Source: an uncultured Candidatus Saccharibacteria bacterium
GTDB taxonomy: Bacteria; Patescibacteriota; Minisyncoccia; Sungbacterales; HO2-52-23
Length of the DNA stretch: 54,765 nucleotides
Assembly (NCBI GenBank): GCA_964371935.1
Contig: CAYJOT010000001.1
Coordinates: 50,730-105,494, forward strand
Direction of reading: 5' to 3'
Both the position numbers and the translations under genes were made by a program. Of this stretch, positions 50,483-54,765 are shown in pieces. Under the pieces are notes generated by a model. That model was not told the DNA's origin and made no database searches. It worked only from the letters and a program-made list of their open reading frames with translations. Position 1 is the stretch's first letter. Every line of letters begins with the position of its first letter.

Positions 50483-52336
50483 TCAACGAGATGCGCCATA
50501 CAAAATGTGATCTATTGCACCACTCATGTTCTCTTTTTTACGAAATTTCAATGCCCGTAAGAATTCTTTGAGCGGGCGCGTGTTGATGATGTCTTTTTTT
50601 TCGGCCCAGCCGCGGCGGGCCTGGGCGATGCCGTATTCGAGAAACTTAAAGTGATCGGCCGCGTGCGCATCCGAGTCAATCGTCATTTTCACTCCGGCTG
50701 CAACGCATTTACGGATGTATTCGTCTTTGAGATCGAGACGTTCGGGCGATGCGTTGATCTCCAGGACCGTGCCGGTGCGTTTTGCCGCGGCAATGATCGC
50801 GTCAATATCAAGATCAATTGGCTCGCGTTTGTTGATGCGCCTGCCAGTCAGGTGGAAAATAATATCTACGTGCGGATTTTCCATGGCGCGGATCACGCGG
50901 GCCGTTTGTTCCATACGCGAAAGGCGGAAATGACTGTGCACTGATGCGCCAACCATGTCGAGCCGGGCAAGCATTGCATCCGCGATGTCGAGCGTACCGT
51001 CTTTCATAATATTGACTTCGGCACCGGTAAGCACGGCACAGTTAATTTTTTTCTTCTGCAGCTCTTTGTTCACTTGTTTGATCTCCATAATTTGCTGCGC
51101 GAGCTTTTTCTCATCCAATCCACCAGTCATAGCAAGAGATTTGGTATGGTCCGTAATCGCAATATATTCGAGCCCCGCGTCTGACGCGGCCATTGCCATT
51201 TCTTCAATCGAATTATCACCGTCGGTCCAGTCGGTCTGCACCTGTAAATCACCGCGCAATTCACCATACCCAATAAGATTCGGCAACCCTATTCCAGACT
51301 TAGTCTGGAATAAATCCCGAGATTCCAGACTAAGTCTGGAACGAATTGCTGCAGCATCAATCTCGCCTGTGTTCTCGCGAAGCTCTGGTTCGATATAGTG
51401 AAGCCCGAGTTTTGTATAAATCTCCTCCTCGGTTTTGCCTGCCATCATCTTTGTGCCGTCTTGTCCGCCTTTGGAGGAAGACATGCCGTACTCATTGAGC
51501 TTCCATCCTTTTGTGATGGCAAGCTTGCGGAGCGCCACATTGTGTTCTTTGGATCCGGTAAAATAATTCAATGCCGCGCCATAAGATTTTTTAGGCACGA
51601 TGCGCAAATCCGCATCCAGCCCGTTGGTAAGCCGCACATTAGTTTTGGTCTGCCCATGTCCGTACACATGGCTGATAAATGGCAGCGCAAGAAAACGTTT
51701 GGTAACCGCATCCGGCTCTGACGATGCAACCACAATATCAATATCACCGACTGTTTCTTTTCTCCGGCGTATTGATCCGACAACCATCGCATCCTCGACT
51801 TCCGGAAACGAGCGGATCATCTGCTCAAGCGTGCGCGCTTCGGGCAGGATTGAGCCAAGCAGCTTTCGCCCGCCGGATTTTTTGAGAAATTCAATTCCCT
51901 TGAGAATACCCGCCTCCGACTTTTCGCCGAGTCCGGGAAGCGCGCGGATCTTCCCGGCTTTTGCCGCGGCCTCAAGATCCACAAGATTTTTGATGCGCAA
52001 CTTCTGCCAGAGCAATTTGATCATCTTGGGCCCCACGCCCTCGACTGCCGCAAGTTCGAAAACCGCAATCGGATACTTTTGAGAAAGCACCGCGTGCTCG
52101 CGAAAATCCCCTTTTCGTAAAAGCTCGTCCAAATGATCCGCGATCCCCTTTCCCACGCCGGGAATATCCGCAAATGCGTCTCTTCCCCTTTCCCGATACA
52201 GTCCGGCAAGTTCAGAGCCAAGCAACTCAATGGATTGACCAGCCCGCTCGTACGCGGCCGGCTTAAAGGCAACGTTCTCCATTTCAAAGAATATCGCCAT
52301 CTCATGCAATATGTTGGCAATTTCGCGGTTGGTCAT
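50483..52336 (-). CDS. polX: DNA polymerase X family protein with C-terminal PHP domain
   Basis: HhH motifs, GSIRRRKETVGDIDIVV nucleotidyltransferase motif, and PHP motifs ITDH, SVHSHF, EINASPERLDL, DSDAH. The first PHP motif reads GDLQVQT instead of HxH. Confidence 0.9.
   Translation of the reverse strand: MTNREIANILHEMAIFFEMENVAFKPAAYERAGQSIELLGSELAGLYRERGRDAFADIPGVGKGIADHLDELLRKGDFREHAVLSQKYPIAVFELAAVEGVGPKMIKLLWQKLRIKNLVDLEAAAKAGKIRALPGLGEKSEAGILKGIEFLKKSGGRKLLGSILPEARTLEQMIRSFPEVEDAMVVGSIRRRKETVGDIDIVVASSEPDAVTKRFLALPFISHVYGHGQTKTNVRLTNGLDADLRIVPKKSYGAALNYFTGSKEHNVALRKLAITKGWKLNEYGMSSSKGGQDGTKMMAGKTEEEIYTKLGLHYIEPELRENTGEIDAAAIRSRLSLESRDLFQTKSGIGLPNLIGYGELRGDLQVQTDWTDGDNSIEEMAMAASDAGLEYIAITDHTKSLAMTGGLDEKKLAQQIMEIKQVNKELQKKKINCAVLTGAEVNIMKDGTLDIADAMLARLDMVGASVHSHFRLSRMEQTARVIRAMENPHVDIIFHLTGRRINKREPIDLDIDAIIAAAKRTGTVLEINASPERLDLKDEYIRKCVAAGVKMTIDSDAHAADHFKFLEYGIAQARRGWAEKKDIINTRPLKEFLRALKFRKKENMSGAIDHILYGASR
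51291..51342. repeat. Double palindrome element inside polX (same family as 14635-14684)
   Basis: ATTCCAGACTTAGTCTGGAAT (51291-51311), a 10-nt spacer, then ATTCCAGACTAAGTCTGGAAC (51322-51342). Confidence 0.85.
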
Positions 52337-52442
52337 GCGCTTGATTTTGAATCAGTATTTTTTACTTCTTTTCCTCCGCCCACTTTTTCCATGCAGCCAA
52401 AAGGCGGAATATCTTGGTACGGTTGTACGCATAATCCTAATG

Positions 52443-52808
52443 CTAACCGCGGATCTTCTTGGTGATGGCGTTAAAAATAAGGTTAAGCTCTTTTGCTTCT
52501 TGCCAGAGAACCCGACATTCTTCGGTAAACTCCGGGCAGGCAACGGCGATCATTCGAAACCAATGTTTGGATTCGCGGGCCTCTTTTTTAAAAATGCCGA
52601 TTTTATGCACAAAATCCTTTTTTGATTCGGCATCATCTGCCTCGCAATAGTTTGCGCCAACACTTGTTCCTGCTCTTACCAACTGGCTGATAATGGAAAT
52701 TGTCACAACACTCTTTGGGATTTTTTTAGTAAAGAGAATGACCGACTCTCCAAATTTTGCCGTCCGCTCTTCAAGGTCGTATTGCTTGGGATTTTCTTCA
52801 TTGGTCAT
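52443..52808 (-). CDS. Four-helix-bundle protein (23S rRNA intervening-sequence protein family)
   Basis: QLVRAGTSVGANYCEADDAESKKDFVHKIGIFKKEARESKHW is the family signature as I recall it. Confidence 0.8.
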   Translation of the reverse strand: MTNEENPKQYDLEERTAKFGESVILFTKKIPKSVVTISIISQLVRAGTSVGANYCEADDAESKKDFVHKIGIFKKEARESKHWFRMIAVACPEFTEECRVLWQEAKELNLIFNAITKKIRG

Positions 52809-52839
52809 TGGGATTTGATTAGATCAATTAGAAATTAGG

Positions 52840-53913
52840 TCAATTTATGAGCATCTTTTGTCTTCTTTTTGCCTTCTTCTTATACACCACATGCAGCGGG
52901 AAAAATTCGTGATAGCTTTTCTCGTCAAACCACGCGCACTTAAAATTGTAGAGTTTCAAGCCGGTAAGCCGCGAGAGCGCGAGCGCGTAGAACGTGAGCT
53001 GGTTGATCGGCTGCTCTTTTTTGGCAGCTGGCTTATAATCTAAAATGTGTATAGCGCCGTTGCGCACCTGCACGATATCAATGTGGCCAGTCAGCGTTTT
53101 TTCCAGCGTAAGCGGAATCGTAAACCCCAAGACGCTTTTCATGTGATCCAGATCCTCGGGCGTGAAGTAGATCGGCACCTCCACCGCGACCGTTACCGAG
53201 TCGTTGGCGAGCATAAATCGCTCCAGCGCCTCGTGCCGCTCTTTGTTGTTTTGCACGGCCTGCAATGCCAGCCCAGCAAGACGGTTTGCAAAATTATGCT
53301 TTTCGCGGATCATGACGCGCTCCATATCAAACTTCGCTTTTACTTCGGACGCGCGTACCCCCTCGCGAAAGTACTGATGCGGACACTCTACGGACACGTT
53401 GTCCAAAAATTCCTTGAGCCGGTACAGAGGCTCGTTTTTAAAGTCCTCTTCAAGCAATAATTCCAGTTTAGCAGGATGGTAGCGAAATGTATACACCTGG
53501 CGGTGGTAGAGGGTAGCGGACACCAGGGTCTGCTGGGGCGTATACAGGCGCATGGCATACTCGCGCATCCGCCGATAGGTGCACAGTTCGCGATATTCTT
53601 CGATCCACTGCCCCACCGTGGACGGGGCCACCGCAAGCCCGTATTTGGCTTTGAGAAGCTTGCATGAATTTTCCATGGAGTAGCCAAGATTGTAGTAGGA
53701 CATGCCGTCGAAGATCACGCGGAGCGGAAAGCTTTTCCCTTTCACCATCTGCGGCGTAAATACTTTTTTGCAGTCCGCGCAATACCACAGCTGCACGATC
53801 TCCATTTTTTTCTCGCGCCGCCCCTTTTTCACGATAGCACTCCCGCTGCAATACGGGCATTTTCCCTGAACGGAGCCGATGATGGATTTTTTTGGTTTTG
53901 TCATGCGTGGCAT
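52840..53913 (-). CDS. Zinc-ribbon + HTH (IS1 InsA-like) N-terminus fused to a PD-(D/E)XK (RecB/Cas4-like) nuclease domain
   Basis: CPYCSGSAIVKKG...WYCADCKKVF, then an HTH-like segment APSTVGQWIEEY. C-terminus: E..P...GHIDIV...ILDYKP...QLTFYALAL (D, D/ExK and QxxxY motifs). Confidence 0.6.
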   Translation of the reverse strand: MPRMTKPKKSIIGSVQGKCPYCSGSAIVKKGRREKKMEIVQLWYCADCKKVFTPQMVKGKSFPLRVIFDGMSYYNLGYSMENSCKLLKAKYGLAVAPSTVGQWIEEYRELCTYRRMREYAMRLYTPQQTLVSATLYHRQVYTFRYHPAKLELLLEEDFKNEPLYRLKEFLDNVSVECPHQYFREGVRASEVKAKFDMERVMIREKHNFANRLAGLALQAVQNNKERHEALERFMLANDSVTVAVEVPIYFTPEDLDHMKSVLGFTIPLTLEKTLTGHIDIVQVRNGAIHILDYKPAAKKEQPINQLTFYALALSRLTGLKLYNFKCAWFDEKSYHEFFPLHVVYKKKAKRRQKMLIN

Positions 53914-53931
53914 AGATGTGGATAATGGGGC

Positions 53932-53959
53932 TTGACAGATTCTCTTGTTTTGCTATACT
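53932..53959 (+). promoter_or_regulatory. Strong sigma70-type promoter TTGACA-N16-TGcTATACT
   Basis: Consensus -35 at 53932-53937 and extended -10 at 53951-53959. It is divergent from the nuclease gene. Confidence 0.5.
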
Positions 53960-53965
53960 AATATT

Positions 53966-54046
53966 GTTTATCAGGCCGCGGCTCCATTTCGATGGAATCG
54001 AATCATCAATAACAATCTCGACAATCTCGGGGTTGTTATTGTTTTT
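53966..54046 (+). ncRNA. Predicted ~81-nt sRNA (locus 2) whose 5' end is antisense to the adjacent tRNA-like anticodon loop
   Basis: It runs from the predicted TSS to a 15-bp terminator hairpin (54007-54041) plus TTTTT. Nt 53968-53975 (TTATCAGG) are complementary to CCTGATAA at 54111-54118, with 2 more pairs after one mismatch. Confidence 0.4.
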
Positions 54047-54060
54047 ATGAGCGGTATAAT
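54033..54060 (+). promoter_or_regulatory. Promoter TTGTTA-N16-TATAAT for the tRNA-like RNA
   Basis: A perfect -10 at 54055-54060 lies 20 nt upstream of the cloverleaf start. The -35 lies in the preceding terminator arm. Confidence 0.45.
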
Positions 54061-54079
54061 AAAAGCGCGGAGCGGTATT

Positions 54080-54167
54080 GGAGGGTATTGTCGCACGGTT
54101 GCGACCACGACCTGATAATTCGCTGATTCGGTTCATATCGAATGGAGTTCGACTCTCCTGCCCCCCG
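54080..54167 (+). ncRNA. Sec/allo-tRNA-like cloverleaf (8-bp acceptor, 6-bp D stem with 4-nt loop, long variable arm, 4-bp T stem), anticodon-loop sequence CUGAUAA
   Basis: Acceptor GGAGGGTA/TGCCCCCC (one A.C, one G.U), D arm GTCGCA-CGGT-TGCGAC, weak anticodon stem, V arm ATTCG-N8-CGAAT, T arm GGAG-TTCGACT-CTCC, discriminator G. Confidence 0.45.
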
Positions 54168-54176
54168 TGTCAAAGG

Positions 54177-54202
54177 GTCTCGGCTATGCGCCGGGACTTT
54201 TT
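54177..54202 (+). terminator. Intrinsic terminator after the tRNA-like RNA
   Basis: GTCTCGG-CTATGCG-CCGGGAC followed by TTTTT. Confidence 0.6.
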
Positions 54203-54246
54203 GATTTTCGATTTTGAATTCATTAGTCATTTTTACTTCTCATCTT

Positions 54247-54318
54247 ATGTCACGGGTTTTGGTTACTAAATGTCACGGATATACTCAAAAATGGGGGGTA
54301 TCATTGTATTCGTGACAT
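54247..54318. repeat. Three copies of ATGTCACG(G): two direct, one inverted
   Basis: Copies at 54247-54255, 54270-54278, and the reverse complement at 54311-54318. Confidence 0.6.
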
Positions 54319-54343
54319 GGTCCGCCGCGGCGGAGATCGATCT

Positions 54344-54765
54344 TTATGGCGCGGTTTTCGGTGGAGATCCCGGAGTCGCGGAAGGCGCTGGTTCAGAAGC
54401 GGGAACGGGTGCCGGTGAAGGCGTTGTCTCTTCCGGAGCATGGGTTGATTCAGGTGCCACAGGCGTGGTTGATGACGCGGCTACGGTGTCATTCTGAGGC
54501 GGAGCCGAAGAATCTCCAGATCCTTCGCTCCCGCTCAGGATGACAGGAGAAACTCCGCACGCGCCGGGCTCGCTGACCACGGCGCCATTGCGGATCTTTA
54601 CGCAATAGGGCGTGCCACCTGTTTCGTCGTAAAGCGTAATGCCGGACGGCTTGCTTGCCGAGCCCACGGTGAGTCTTTGTGTAACAATTTCATCCGTAAT
54701 AATCTTCACCGCCATCAGCGTCCCTCCCTCATCAATACTCCAATTACCCAATGATGATGCGATTC
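54344..54765 (-). CDS. Hypothetical secreted/surface protein with a Pro/Ser/Thr-rich C-terminus (5' end probably beyond the right edge)
   Basis: The frame stays open to the window edge and the track start is a TTG. The tail reads PSPAPVPASEPAPSATPGSPPKTAP. Confidence 0.45.
   Translation of the reverse strand, partial: IASSLGNWSIDEGGTLMAVKIITDEIVTQRLTVGSASKPSGITLYDETGGTPYCVKIRNGAVVSEPGACGVSPVILSGSEGSGDSSAPPQNDTVAASSTTPVAPESTHAPEETTPSPAPVPASEPAPSATPGSPPKTAP

Noticed and set aside
53468-54136. A 222-aa minus-strand ORF spanning the nuclease gene 5' region and the sRNA/tRNA-like locus.
   Set aside because: It overlaps 52840-53913 out of frame for 446 nt and has no motif. The remainder is better explained by promoter/sRNA/tRNA-like elements with terminators.
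54080-54167. Calling this RNA a genuine selenocysteine tRNA (selC).
   Set aside because: The D arm and long V arm are selC-like. However, there is no UCA anticodon, the acceptor/T geometry is 8/4 rather than 8/5, and no selA/selB/selD genes or SECIS contexts are visible in the window.

Overview
This is a 54.8-kb chromosomal segment with standard-code usage (TGA is a stop). By inference from gene content and protein divergence it resembles a small-genome Patescibacteria/CPR-type bacterium. The backbone is housekeeping. The S10 and str ribosomal-protein operons lie on the minus strand (rplP' rpsC rplV rpsS rplB rplW rplD rplC rpsJ tuf fusA rpsG rpsL). Other backbone genes are rpmB, pepA, tRNA-Pro, a PilB-like ATPase, argH-argG, split comEC, nrdJ-cobO, ftsZ-ftsA, ybeY, rpsU, hisS, lepB, pth, ileS, argS, smpB-ssrA, infC-rpmI-rplT and polX. 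The str operon is interrupted twice by accessory cargo: toxin-antitoxin remnants, a frameshifted IS1595-like element, and a recurring cassette of a small protein plus a retropepsin-like protease, present in two intact copies and one remnant. The most unusual signal occurs at two separate loci (18.49-18.74 kb and 53.93-54.20 kb) that share one architecture. Each has a strong sigma70-type promoter, a roughly 70-80-nt terminator-ended sRNA, a second promoter, a tRNA-sized cloverleaf with an 8-bp acceptor and 4-bp T stem and an abnormal anticodon arm, and a terminator. In both loci the extreme 5' end of the sRNA is antisense to the anticodon loop of the adjacent tRNA-like RNA. Several nucleotide-level repeat families also occur. 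A double 19-21-bp palindrome is inserted in frame in pepA and polX. A 68-nt imperfect hairpin element sits in frame in argS and in two intergenic sites. A 38-nt REP-like hairpin is present three times, and two inverted copies flank one gene. Heptamer repeats occur inside ileS and in operon spacers. There is no rRNA and no CRISPR array. All calls come from reading the sequence and the ORF track; no database search was run.
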